64,000 nt of DNA from Lama glama (taxonomy: Eukaryota). A program made the position numbers and the translations under genes. The stretch covers positions 49,664,001-49,728,000 of the forward strand of contig CM052816.1 of NCBI GenBank assembly GCA_028534125.1. The letters run 5' to 3'. The notes beneath the pieces are model-generated. The model had not been told where the DNA came from. It did not search any database and saw nothing but the letters and a program-made list of their open reading frames with translations. Positions 1 through 12,307 of the stretch are shown in pieces; the stretch's first letter is position 1, and every line of letters begins with the position of its first letter.

Positions 1-216
1 ACAGGGGGCGAACTTGAGCCCAAACCTCAGTAAGGAGCCAAGTATGGTGAGATCTTTAGGTCAAAGCCAAGCTCCTCCATGAAGCCCGTTGAGATCTCCT
101 GACACCAACAAAACCCCTCACTGAGACTTGGATGTTGGGGAGATAAATACATGCATGTTGTGTGCCATGGAGGTTTGTGATTGTTACACAGCTCTGTAGC
201 TTTCATCAACTGATAG
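1..216 (+). mobile_element. 3' part of an old MaLR LTR (MLT1-like)
   Basis: ATAAATACATGCATGTTGTGTGCCATGGAGGTTTGTGATTGTTACACAGC...AACTGATA resembles the MLT1 3' terminus. Confidence 0.55.
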
Positions 217-2139
217 ATTCACCACCATAGAACAGAATGTGTTGAAAAAACATAAATAAAATTTTGATAGTGAAAAAAATAGTAGGGCAGGAAAGAGACA
301 TGAAAAGTGATATATAGCCTTAATGTCTAAAGCTTGTGAACAAACAGTGGGTTTAAATATACTGGTTAAGATTGTAAATGTAATCAGTTGAAGAAGGAAA
401 ATAATTAGATAACTAAGAAAATTCAGAAAGCACAGAGAATAAGAGGAGGTAGTTTCTGGAGATCATTTTTTCATTTGTATAATGAGTTACTATTGATAAT
501 GAATAGAATAAAAGCCATAGGTTAAATACTTGTAATTCACAAGATTATGTACATATATATATATATGTAATATGTATTTTATGTTTTATTTAATATATAT
601 GGCAAGTAGATAAAAATAAGGTATCAACTGTATTTAATTATGTATGGTTACAGCAGCCTCCATATTTCTTAAAGATATGAATTTATATAGTTAAGTGGTG
701 GTATCTATAAAGAGATCTACAGGCTTCAAAATGTATTTGTATACTTAGTAAAATAGATTAATCAGTAGATCTTGGTCCTTCTCTATCTCTTTGTGATTTA
801 ACCAAAAGGCTTTAAATACTGTGGTACCCTGGGTATGGATTTTATTTTGGAAAATATTAGCATCACTTCTGCAGATAACTCTAGTCCATTTAAGTTAGAC
901 TGCATAGGTCTTTCTTCATCCCCTGAAACACAGAAGGAGATTTAATGAGGGTAGGGAAGTAAGTTGCTGTGTAAACTCAAATCAAACTCAGGGCCAAATT
1001 AAACAACCAAATTAAGTAGATGGGGTTACACTTGCATTTACTATTTACTGATGTTTAGTCCATTTTACGAGTGATTGGATTTTATTAAAAGGAACTAAAT
1101 TCTTTTTCTGCATTAACCTAATAATAGCATAACAGCAATGCAGTTTCTGATCAGACCCATTCCGCTCTAACATAGGACCATTTGTTAATGTGCTTGTTAT
1201 GGAAGTAGCCAATTATTTTAATCAGGTTCATTGGAGATGATGGAAATTGTTGCCCTGAAGGCTTACTTTTACTATGTGAAATTACATGGTAAGTGATTAA
1301 TGGAATGGAGATCTCCATCTTAGTGTATAGTAAAAGAAAATAATAATAAAACCCTCCTTTTATATATGTGTGTGCACATGTGTGTTTAGTCAGACCTCTC
1401 ATTTAGGAGCCGAGAGAACTAGAGAAAATTATTTCATGATTTTAATATGAAAATTACAACCTCTTCAATAGATCCTAAGAGTGCAGGAAACATACACATC
1501 AATATACTTTATGAACTTACTGCAGAAAAATTTCTGGGAAATAATATCTATTTGGGAAGGTATGGATAACTCCAGTTATAGTTTAATAATCTTCATATTT
1601 CTGATAGCCATCTGTATCAGAAATAAATCCAATCTGAAACCAAAAATATATGAGCAATAGAAAATCTTGCTGTTATACGACGTTTTTTCCCATTCATCTT
1701 CATTTAAGGCTTCCTGCAAAGCCTTCCTTGAGTGATGAATATAACCTGCGAAGCAGGAGGTGAACTACTGTGAAAAAATAGTATTTTTGTCATTTTTATG
1801 AATACAGCACCTTCTATTAGTATGTTTTATTAAACTGCTCAGTCTTTCCACTAAGGCCTGCCTCATCTCACTTGGGCAGCATGGCTCTCACTTTGAGGTG
1901 TAAGTATAAAAGAAAACAAACCCTCTCTGATGTGCATTTGAGAAGGCTGATGCCCCTCATTAATTCTTTGGGCCTGCCTTTGTGATACAGTATATGTGGG
2001 ATGTGTGTTTGTGTGTACATGGATTCATGTGTGTGTGTAGAGCTGAGTTCACAGATGAGAAATAAGTGAGTTATAAAAAGAACCTTGACATGATCACTGT
2101 CTTCAACATCTTTGTTGAGACATAATTGCCATCCAATAC

Positions 2140-3345
2140 AATATAACACACATATTTAAAATGTACAATGTGATACATTTTGACATATGTATGCACCTAT
2201 CAAGCCATCGTTTTAATCAAGATATTGAACGTTTCCATCACCCCCAGAAGTTTCTCCCTACCCCATTGTGATTCCTTCTGTCTGTCCCTCCAACTTTATC
2301 ACAGATTACTGATCTTGTCTCTATGAATTAGTTTGAATTTTTAGAAATATATGTAAACAGAATTTACAAGTATAGTCTCTTTTTTCTCTGTTTTCTTACA
2401 CAATTATTTTGAGAATCATTCATGTTGTTATATCAGTAGTTCACTATTCTTTATTGCTGAGTAGTACTCAGTTGGATAGATATACCAATATTTAACTAGC
2501 TGTTCGCTAATTGATTGATATTGGGTTGTTTCTTGTTTTTGGATATTACAAATAAAACTACTATGAACGTTCATACATGTCTTCAAATGGACATAAGCTT
2601 TTACTGCTCTTGGTTCAATACCTAGGAGTGGGTTGGCTGGATCATGTAGTGTTTATGTGTTTAAATATTTGAGAAACTGTCGAACTCTTTTCCAAACTAA
2701 TTGTACTGTTTTACATTCTGATCAACAGTATATGAGAGTTAGTTCCTCCACATCCTCACCAACACTTGGTATATGATCAGTCTTATTTTAGCCATTGTAA
2801 TAGTTGTGTAGTGGTATTGTTTTCGGTTTTAATTTGTGTTACTCTTTGACAAATGATGTCAAACATCTTTTCATGTTTACCTATCCATTTTTTTTTCATT
2901 TTTCTGAAGTTGAAATATTTTGCCCATTTTTTTGAGTCATTTGTTTTCTTATTGCTGAGTTTTGAGACTTCTTTATATATTCCGGATACAAGTGCTTTAT
3001 CAGATATTTGATTTGCAAATATATTTTCCCAGTCTGCAGTTTGTCTTTTCATTCTCCTAAAATTGATTTTGAAATACACAAGTTTATAATTTTGTTAAAA
3101 TACGATTTATCCATTTTGGTGACTCATGCTTTTAATGTCATATCTAAGAAATCTTTGCCTGAACTGAACCTTGAAAGATTTTATCCTATACTTTTTGTAG
3201 GTTTAGGTTTTATTCTTAGATCTCCAATACATTTTGAGTTAACTTTTGAATATGGTATAAGATATGGATCTGAGATTTTGGTTTTGTTTGTTTTTGTCAT
3301 ATAGTTATTTAAATAGTTGTTCTGGAATCATTTATTGGAAAGACT
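2140..3345 (-). mobile_element. Old LINE-1 (L1MB/L1MC-like), 3' UTR plus decayed ORF2 C-terminus
   Basis: ORF 2783..3079(-) MKRQTADWENIFANQISDKALVSGIYKE matches the L1 ORF2 C-terminal region. Typical antisense L1 3' sequence runs from about 2140 to 2780. Confidence 0.85.
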
Positions 3346-3379
3346 ACATCTATCTACAGAACTACATTTACATTTTTTG

Positions 3380-4400
3380 TTATCATGATGTGATAATGTA
3401 TGGTTTTCCTCGTGTCCTTTCCGTAGCGTTTGCTAAGTTGCCTGGATCTGTGGATATAGTTTTAGTCATATTTGGAAAAATGTTGGCCACTATCTATTCA
3501 AATATTTTTCTGCCCACTCTTTTCAGGGACTCTAATCATATCTCTTTTAGGCTGTGTATCTATATGTGTGTGTTTCCCAAAATTCACTGATGTCCAGTTT
3601 TTGGTTTTTTTTTTTTGGTCTGTCTGTATTTTATTCTGTAGTTTCTATCTTAAAAATTTACTAATTGTTTCTTTGGCAGTATCTAATTTGGTTTATTTTT
3701 TTCTAGTGTACTTTTCATCTCACATATTGTAGTTTTCATCTCTATAAGTTCAGTATAATCTCTTTATATTTTCCTTGTCTGCACTTAACATTTTCAATAT
3801 GTGGAATATACTTATAATAACTATTTTAGTATCGTATGCTAAATCTAAAATCTGGTTTGTTTCCTGCTTTTTTACGTGTCTATTAATCTTGACTGGATTA
3901 CGGACATGAATTTTACCTTGTTGAGTATTAAACACTCTGTAGTCCTATATACTTCCTAAGCTTAGTTCTCTTACACAGTTAAATTACTTGGAAATGGTTT
4001 GATTCTTCTGGGGCTTACTTCTAAGACTTGTTAGATGGAACCAATGAGGTGTTTAGTCCAGGGCTAATTTAGTCCCCGTTACTGAGGGGAGGCCCTTCTG
4101 AGTCCTCTGCTTAGTGACCTGTGAATTATTTTATTTTCCAGTCTGTCTGGAGGGAACTGGCAGCTCTCATCCATTTAGACGATTCTTCCTCTCTGTGCCA
4201 TGGCCTGGAACCCCTCTCGGGCAGTAAACTGGATCAGTTGTAGAACTTATCTGGCTTATTACTAGCCTTTCTTTCCTAATGTCCAGTGCCTTGAAAACTG
4301 TTGTCTCATATGTTTGATCTCTTTCATTGTTTTGGTTGATTCTGGCAGGAAGGCAAATCTGGTCCCTGTATGACATACTGACCAGAAGGAGAAGTTCTCT
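3380..4400 (-). mobile_element. Highly decayed L1 5'/ORF1-side fragment (L1M-like)
   Basis: T-rich sequence with motifs such as TTTGGAAAAATGTTGGCCACTATCTATTCAAATATTTTTCTG and GTTTAGTCCAGGGCTAATTT, typical of antisense old L1M 5' regions. Confidence 0.5.
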
Positions 4401-5370
4401 TGGATCCTGTGTTGTCACTTTTAGTGAAGAACATAATGTCAGTTTGCCATCCTTAACAATAAGTATGGGAAAAAATGAAATATGAAAAGTAGTGAGTTGT
4501 AGGCAGCAGTTTTTGGCACTGAGGAGTGAGTTGGTTGCTGAAGCAGATTCTTCTGTGGTAGCCTTGAGTGTGGCAGATGTTTTGTTGCCTCTAGCTCTGC
4601 CAGGCATTCAGGGATCCCGGAAACCTCCTCGAATTGTGTAGCAGGATTCTGGAGTTGAGGGCAATGTAGCCGTGCAGCTCTTTCACTTTGATGAGAACGG
4701 AAATGCCTAAGAGTGTTAACAGGAGGATTCTCTACGTTCGCCAGCCATAATGCGTGTCTGTCACCTATGGATCTCAACGATCTCTCAGGCGAAATGTATG
4801 GAGAGTCAATGAGCTGCTTTAAAAAAAATAGTAAATGTCACCATTTTAGAAAGCAGTGTACTGAGAGTATCTGTTGAATTATCCCATTCAGTGGATCAGA
4901 GTTTCCATGGGCTTTGCAATTATGGGAATAAATACTATCTTCCATGTCCCTCCAAGGAAAGGCTGCTCTTCTGTAGAATATTTATGAAAATCCTACCCAC
5001 TTATTTACTCTGATGATAACCCCAAAAGTAGACATACATGAGTACAGAAAGTCTCATTAAAAATTTACCTACATTTTCCTCCTGCAGCATAATCAAGAAA
5101 CAGTCTACAGAATAATATAAATATGGATTAAGCTGTATTATAAGAATGTGGATAATTCTTTTTACATTCCTTAAAGTTTACAACACATTTTTTCTCACAA
5201 GTTACCTCATTTAATTCTTATAGTAGCTTTAAAAATATAATAGAATTAACCATTTTAGACATCATTTTTAATTATGCCTATGATATAAAATTTCAAAAAA
5301 TATTGAAATGTAAAAGCAGGGCGTATTCTTATTTTATTACCAGAATATCTACTTATCTGTGAGAGTTTGA

Positions 5371-5740
5371 TTTATAGAGTAATTTTTAAGAAATTATTCC
5401 AGAGTTATGTAAAATTATTTTTCCATATATACAGTTTGTATGTGTTTGTCAGTGCCTATTACTTTATTGCAGCATAGCCTATATACTCTCAGTGGTTCAT
5501 CATTTTTAATTACTGTATTTTTTTTTAACGTCATGGTCATTGAAGAGAAAAATAATTCAACCTAGTGAGTTGAAAGTAAAAGCCTCTCTTGGTAAAATTA
5601 CACTTTAAAAAGACCTATTGGTGTTAAATCTTTCTACTTACAGTTCGTATATGAAGTGAAGTAAGTGCTTAACTGACAGTTTCATCCATATTATATCTTC
5701 AAAAAGACTATGAATTAAATCGCTGACAGGATTGCAGATT
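5371..5740 (+). repeat. Copy 1 of a diverged local duplication (copy 2 at about 7107-7786)
   Basis: The two copies are colinear. The 24-mer GTCATTGAAGAGAAAAATAATTCA is identical at 5536-5559 and 7566-7589, and both copies end TGAATTAAAT(C/T)GCTGA(C/G)AGGA(T/G)TGCAGATT. Confidence 0.85.
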
Positions 5741-6353
5741 GGTACAAGCACTGCACATCCAGTTGGGCATTATCTACTACAATATGTAAATGACTCAGCC
5801 ATTTCATTTCTGGGTAAACCCAGAGAAAATTCAGTATGCTTGTGTACAAGCATGCTCATGGATGCTTTTATTTTCAGCAATAACACAAGTGCCATTAACA
5901 AGAAAAAGGGAAATGCATCATGGGCTATTTTATAGTGAAGTATTATAAAGCAGTGAAAATGAACTCACTGCAGCCATCTGTGAAAACATTGTGAGTGAAG
6001 CCACAAACAAAAGAACACATACTGAATGGTTTCTTTTTTTTCTCCCTACTATTAACGTTCAAATATAGGCAAGAACAGAAGATGCAGTTTAGGAATGCAT
6101 ATTCAAGTAATGGAACTCTAAACCACACAAAACATGAGCATGTGACTGGCATAATAAGCAGGAGTTCGGTTACCCTTGTGAGGGTGGAAGGGAAGTTGTA
6201 AATGGAAAGGGCACAGGGAGGTTCTTGGAGTTTCGGCACTGTTCTTGTGCTTGGACTCCGGTGGTTGTTACACAGGTTGTCTCTTAATAATTCATCTAAC
6301 TCGATGGTTGTGTGTGCTTTTCTGTATGATATCTTGCAAATAAAGATTTAAAA
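5741..6353 (+). mobile_element. Old LINE-1 3' end (L1ME-like), sense orientation
   Basis: ATGACTCAGCCATTTCATTTCTGGGTAAACCCAGAGAAA resembles the L1 'YDPAIPLLG' region. The element ends with AATAAA and an A-rich tail at about 6339-6353. Confidence 0.7.
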
Positions 6354-6829
6354 ATACTGTGGATTGTCACCTTTGAAAAATGAAAATTTCTACTGTACAG
6401 CTGTAGAACATATCCATCTCCTTTGTAAAGAAAGAAACAGGAATAAACGTGTTCTCTCCATCAGAATGTAAAGTGAAAAATCATGCATAAAAGAATGTAG
6501 GGACCAAAGAAATACATTGCTAAATAGACAAGCAGTTGTGGATTTTAGGAACAAATTTAGAACAGATGCCCATGAAGCCCAAACCACTTAGGAGTTTGAG
6601 AAAAATTGCTAAAAGGAATAGAGGAATTGGAGGGGCAAAAAAGTATTCCAAGCTAAGATTTTAGGAGTGGGGTCTTTGGCCTAGAGCAGCAATACTAATA
6701 TCACTCGGACATTATAAACGTTTTGAGATCGAGGACCGTGTATTACCCTTGTCTGTCTTCCTCAGCACGCAGCCTGGTACCTCGAAGGGAAGCTGAGGAG
6801 GGAGTGTTCCTGTTTTCCAGTGGTGCTAG

Positions 6830-7035
6830 TGGTAACTGGTGAATAGTACAGATTCTTGAGACAGATCACCTGGGTTTTAATCTCAGTTTTACCACCCCTG
6901 TGGCCCTGAGCAAGTTATTTACATTTTCAATGTCTCAATTCTGTCATCTGTAGAACAGTTATGCTAATAGTAAGTAGCTCAGAGGGTGTGATGTTATATA
7001 CGAAATTCTCAGAACGGTGTTTGGCACATAGTCCA
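6830..7035 (+). mobile_element. MIR SINE
   Basis: Contains the MIR core CCTGGGTTTTAATCTCAG...TGTGGCCCTGAGCAAGTTATTTA...CATCTGTA...TGGCACATAGT. Confidence 0.7.
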
Positions 7036-7106
7036 AGTGGGTGGATGTGCTAATTGATGTCAATCAGTTGTCATCCTGGAGAGCTGTTTGTCCATACTTA
7101 ATACAA

Positions 7107-7786
7107 GTTACAGGGTTATTTTTAAGAAATTAATTTTAGAGTTAAATGAAATTATTTCTCTGTATATGCAAAATATAAGTGTGTATCAGTGCCTGTTTTT
7201 TAATTGAACTATAGTTGCTTTACAGTGCGTTACTTTCTGTACAGCACAGTGATTCAGTTATGCATACATATATATATATTCTTTCTCATATTCCTTTTCC
7301 AAGCATAAGTTTGTTTTCTATGTCTGTGAGTCTGTTTCTGTTTTGTAAATAAGTTGACTTGTATTATTTTTTCTTAGATTCCACACGTAAGTGATATCAT
7401 ATGATATTTGTCTTTTTCTGTCTGACTTACTTCACTTATTGTGACAATCTCTAGGTCCAACCACGCTGCTGAAAATCAATGCCTGTTATTTAAATGTGGC
7501 ATTGCTTACATGCTTCTAGTGGTTCATCACTTTTAGTATAAGTTGCGGGATTTTTTTAAGTCACTGTCATTGAAGAGAAAAATAATTCAGCCTCATGAAT
7601 TAGAAGTTTTAATTCATTCCCTTAAAAGTCTCTCTCAATAAAAAAACATATCTTAAAGTGGTAGATTGTTGTTGAGCCCTTCTGCTTATGACATGTATAC
7701 GAAGCGAAATAAATGGTTACCTGCAAGTTTCATGCATAGTATATCCTCAAAAATATTGAATTAAATTGCTGAGAGGAGTGCAGATT
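7107..7786 (+). repeat. Copy 2 of the local duplication, interrupted by an L1 3' fragment
   Basis: It aligns to 5371-5740 on both sides of the 7198-7474 insertion. Confidence 0.85.
7198..7474 (-). mobile_element. 5'-truncated artiodactyl-type L1 3' end with 13-bp TSD
   Basis: Reads TTTTAATTGAACTATAGTTG...TTAGATTCCACACGTAAGTGATATCATATG...CTCTAGGTCC. It is flanked by ATCAGTGCCTGTT (7185-7197) and ATCAATGCCTGTT (7475-7487). Confidence 0.85.
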
Positions 7787-8233
7787 TCCCCATAATTTCT
7801 TTATCTATCTCTCTTTGTAATTTTTCTCAAAATCTTAAGTCGTTTGGGCTTAATGGGCATCTGTTCTAATTTTATTCCTGGAATCTACAGCTGCTTGTCT
7901 ATTAAGAAATGGATTTCTTTAGCTCTTGCATAGCCAAAGTATACATGCAAGCATAACTGTATAAATAATACATTGAAGCTTACATAGAGATAAACTTGAA
8001 AGATTATGAACTGCTTTGCTGAATTCAAGCAACGAATTTTAGTTTGAGCAGAAGCCTGAAGAAGACTCATTTGTCAATAATGATTTTCTACTGTAGGTAG
8101 TTTTCCTTGGGGGTCTGCTGAATATAGAAAATGGAAAGCATGACCATATGCTGAAAATTAAAGTGCTTATATAATAAGAAAGAAAGAAAATATGGAGAAA
8201 TCATATTCTAGTTGACAATTCAAGGAAAATTCC

Positions 8234-8351
8234 CAAATAAAATACAGGATGCTCAGGTAAATTTGAATTGCAGATAAACTATTTGTTGATAAAATATGAG
8301 TGAACTATTGCATGGGCATTTTGTATTTTTATCTGTTAAATCTGGCAACCC
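8234..8351. mobile_element. hAT-type MITE remnant (MER53-like)
   Basis: Palindromic AAATAAAATACAGGATGC...AAATTTGAATT...TGTATTTTTAT, with the terminal inverted repeat (TIR) end AAATCTGGCAACCC. Confidence 0.65.
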
Positions 8352-8499
8352 ACATATTAGGAAGTCTGTATGCATTTCAAACCAAGCTAAATGTTTAGAT
8401 ACACACTAGGGTGATCATGTTATATGGTCTGAGTGATACGGACTCAACATAAATTTCCCTTCTGACTTCTGAATTATTTTTCCACAGTGTTACTTACCA

Positions 8500-9115
8500 G
8501 TGATGAAATTCTAGAGTGAATGAGCTCTTTAAAACACAGATCTCTTCAATTCCATTCCACACTTCTTGAATTCTCTATTAACTCCCTGCAATGAAGGACT
8601 GAACTTCAAACTCCTTGATTTGTAAAGCCGTAAAAATCTGGTCCCAGACTACCTAGTAACCACCATCCCTAATAGTTCCACACACATAGTCACATGCATA
8701 TCCAGACAATAAAAGTGTTCAGTTCTCACTGAAAACATTGTGTCCTTTTATGTTCCTTCTTATTTTAACACATCTAAAAATTGCCTGCATATCCTTTAAG
8801 CAGCAACCAAGTATTACCTTCTTTAAGTAGTCTTCCACATCTCCTTTGGGCAAAGCCATTGCCTCATCTATGATCATAGAACGTTTTGTCCATAATGGTA
8901 TATTTCACTATATTATAATTTCACTATAGTATAATATTTTCATAGTTCACTATATTATAACTATTTCTCTGAGTAGAATTATAGAAGATGAATCTCTTAA
9001 AACAGGAACTCTATCTGTCCACTGATGTATTTAATCATATATTTTATTTAGAGCCTGATTGATAGAAGGTGCTCATCACAGTTTTAATGAATGAATGAGT
9101 GAGTGAGTGAACGGA
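8500..9115 (+). mobile_element. LINE-2 3' fragment
   Basis: Ends AGAGCCTGATTGATAGAAGGTGCTCATCA...TGAATGAATGAGTGAGTGA, the typical L2 terminus. Confidence 0.6.
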
Positions 9116-9619
9116 TGGGTGAACTCAACCATGTAGATCATAGCTTTGTTTCCCATGTGATTCCTGTCTCATTTAGCCAGTTATGGCTTTTTTTTAACTC
9201 ACTGTAGAAAAAGTCCAAAATAATTGATCATTGGTATTGAGCACTAAAACTAGAGAGCTGCAAGCAAACTAATTTAGCATGCATGTGACAGAATAGAGTG
9301 ATTAATTTTGGATAAAACATTATGAATATGCAAATATATATAAATTATACATAGTAAAAATAAGAAATTGAAAAATACATGACTTTTATACTTGGAGCCA
9401 AGAACTATGGGACAATGAGAAGTCACCCTCAGATAGGTAGAATAATGAGATGCATATTAATTTAGAAAAATAACTTTTCAGGTTAATTACTTGTAACTTA
9501 ACATAACTCAGAAGCATTTTCTCCAGGCAGCTAGACTCATCTAAAACTCAACATTCTCTGTCTTGCTAGACTAATTAATGATATTTGAATTTTCTTTGAG
9601 AAACTGTGCATTCATTCTC

Positions 9620-9965
9620 CTGTTAGAGCGCTTGTCACTGTGCACTGTAACTGATTATTTTCTGGTGTATCTACTGTACTATAAGAACCTTGAGAAAAGT
9701 AAGGGAACATGATATATTAATCTTTGCATTCTTAGCACCTCACAGAGAACTAAAGATGGTTGAATGGATGGATGAATAGATGGACTTCATACACAGAGGT
9801 TCTACACAGTGTTTGGCAACCCTGACTATCCTTAGAATCCGCAGGACTTCTATATAAACAATATTACTGCCTTCATTCCACCCAAGTCCATTTAAATCAG
9901 AATCTCTGATGTGGAATCTTTGCATTGGTATATTTTAAAAGTTTGGGCTTTGAGAAAGACTGTTG
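9620..9965. mobile_element. L2 3' end followed by a MER5-like hAT-Charlie remnant
   Basis: An L2-type tail GTTGAATGGATGGATGAAT lies at about 9760-9780. It is followed by CAGTGTTTGGCAACCCTG...TAAATCAGAATCTCTG...TTTGAGAAAGACTG. Confidence 0.5.
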
Positions 9966-10879
9966 TTCTAAATCCATTTTCCTCTGTAGAACCCCTTTAG
10001 AAGTAGGCTGGTACACTTGCCCTAATCAAGGGACTCACTGTACAGTACAGTTGATGATTCCTCAGTTCTGTCTTACCAATCAACACATACGTAGTGCAGG
10101 ATAAGTTACTCTGCTGCATGCCCCTAAGGTAATGTTCTTTGAGATGGTTTGCTCTTCAGTGAAAATTTTTACAGAGACATTGGTTCTTTTTGACTTCTAC
10201 TGTGTCTTTCTTGTAGCTTTTATTTATGAATTTTTCAAGGCCTCAGATACTTGAAGTGTAGCACTCTCTTGATTGCCCCTCCCCCAACCCTTCTTCTTTC
10301 TTCCTGGTTTTGGCTTTATAAGTATCCTGGAAAAGCTACTTTATCATATTGGCCAAATATCTGACTAAGGCAAATAAAACCTTCCTGAATTAATTTTATA
10401 TGGAAACATCCTGGAGAATTGGGCTGTAGCTGGATACTAGTAGCAAACGTTTTGAGTCACAATTGAGATCTCAATACGTATGTTAGGATGCCAGGATCCA
10501 GAGTAGCCTAGAGTATTATCTTTGTGAGTAAGCAGTGATGAATAAATACCTCTTGGATTTTTTTAAACTATTATTGGTAAGTGAAGGTTATCAGTAAATT
10601 ATTATAAAAGGTTTGTGTGTGGTATGTTCTGATTGAAGAATGCTCATTTTAATTTGCCACTTGAAAATGAATTACTAGTGATACAGCAAAAGGCCAGATC
10701 AAAAGAAAGTTCAATCGCACAGGATTAACAATATACTGACTGGTTCCAGGGATGATTGAGAAACCCTGTAGATAATTCTGATTATGACTGAATTTATGAC
10801 GAAATTCAGTATCTGAGTAGGGGGACAGAATTCCTAGAAATTCAGTGTAATTTATTCAGCCTTGAAAGAGAAATTGAAA

Positions 10880-12170
10880 AACCACAGACTTTAGATAAGA
10901 AAAAATAATAAAAGGTCAAATTTTAAAAGGCAATCACTCACCGGAGGCCTGGAGAATATTTAATAGCTAATGGGGAGCCCAGGGAAGACTGTTGTTAAGG
11001 ATCAAAAATAGCAGGCTCTTGAAAATAAGCTGTTGCCAGCTAATTAACAGTCAATAACAATATTGCAGGAGGAAAGACTGCTCAAGGGAAGGGAATAAGG
11101 AAGTTGAATTTATCTTTGCAAAGGAAAATAGGCTTAATTATGGTGTCCTTTTAATATATCAAAATGAAGGTGCTCAGCCTGAGAGTCAGTTGTTCTTTCT
11201 TGAAGCTCATGGGTCCTGGATGTACTTGGGGATGAAAACAGATAGTTTCGTGATTAAGTTGCTTTTTCTCCAGTCAAGAGGAGGTCACATGGATTTCCAT
11301 CCCCAAGAAAGAACAGCTATCCTCATCTAAATGGTGGGCAGTATTCGAAATATCCTAAATCAAGTTGGCAAAAGTAAATCTAGTGGAGCTACTGGGGTCA
11401 GATGGCATCGACAGAGGAGTCTGGAGAATCTTGAGGGTAAATTGGGACACTGATGGCCCAAGAGTACAGCCTGCAATCATTCCTATTCTGCACTTTCAAA
11501 GGTGAGCCAGCTTGAAAGCCAAGCAATTAATTAGTTATTTAGTTAATCAGTTAATTTTGAAAGTTTGGACAGGATGCCTTAGCAAATCAGACTCCAAAAA
11601 TCTCCATTTCATCTCTGGCCAGCTGGTGGAATCTATCATGAAGAAAGGAATTACTGAATATTCAAGTATAATTATCTGAAAAGAAGCAGCATGATTTCTG
11701 TGACAAGAAATTATGCCCAGAGAAGCCATGGTTTTTTTAAAAGCATAAAGAAATGAACTAGCAAATATAATTTTGATTTTTCAAAAACTCTCTGACAGCC
11801 TACCACCCAGAGTCAATTTCATGAGCTTTGGGCCTATAATTTGCATGATGATGGATCGAAAAACACCTAGAAAAAAAGACGAGAACCCAGCTGTGTGGAA
11901 GTTCATGCGTACTCAAAGTGACCTTAATGAATCTGTGTTTTTCAATTAGTGGAGGAGACTTCCCATAGAGACATCTCCAGAGTATGTCTGCGTTGGCATT
12001 ATTTATGTTAGCAAAAAGCCAAGCCAAAGGGAAAAGACTACCAACACACCTTTACAAATCTGCATAAGGTGGGCTAAGGGCGACAGAAAGAGACTGAGTT
12101 ATGTATATAATATGAATAAACCTGTGTAAGTAGTTACAACAAATCTGAGGGTCTGGAAATCCTTGCAGGG
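10880..12170 (+). mobile_element. Ancient CR1/L3-class LINE, decayed reverse-transcriptase region
   Basis: CR1 ORF2 motifs appear in the correct order: GSDGI (11395-11409, cf. GPDGI), ISGQLVESIMKKGITEY (11611-11661, cf. VPGKLVESIIK..I.EH), QHDFCDKKLC (11687-11716, cf. QHGFCKGKSC) and a frameshifted DFQKAFD-like segment (about 11775-11796). Confidence 0.75.
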
Positions 12171-12267
12171 TACTTCTTTGTTTCAAAGATACGCATGCTG
12201 TTGTGACCAACTATCTATTCTCTCTTCTCTACCTCTCCTTCCTTCCTTTACCTTGCTTTTTAATTCC

Positions 12268-12269
<2 letters not shown>

Positions 12270-12302
<33 letters not shown>
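12270..12302. repeat. (CA)n microsatellite
   Basis: About 16 uninterrupted CA units. Confidence 0.97.

Positions 12303-12307
<5 letters not shown>

Noticed and set aside
4167..4777. 146-aa and 112-aa minus-strand ORFs
   Set aside because: They show no recognisable domain, partly overlap a decayed L1 and have no supporting gene structure.
8901..8962. Repeated TTCACTATA(T/G)TATAA units and other short tandem arrays (e.g. ATTGCCTA x3 at about 29615-29640) as CRISPR-like or functional arrays
   Set aside because: These are short slippage-type repeats with no unique spacers, in eukaryotic intron context.
11115..11130. TTGCAAAGGAAAATA (LQRKI), resembling the start of the next EDIL3 exon (INLQRKM...)
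   Set aside because: It lies upstream of the EGF exon, has no acceptor in place and the similarity does not continue. The next exon was not found and probably lies beyond the window.
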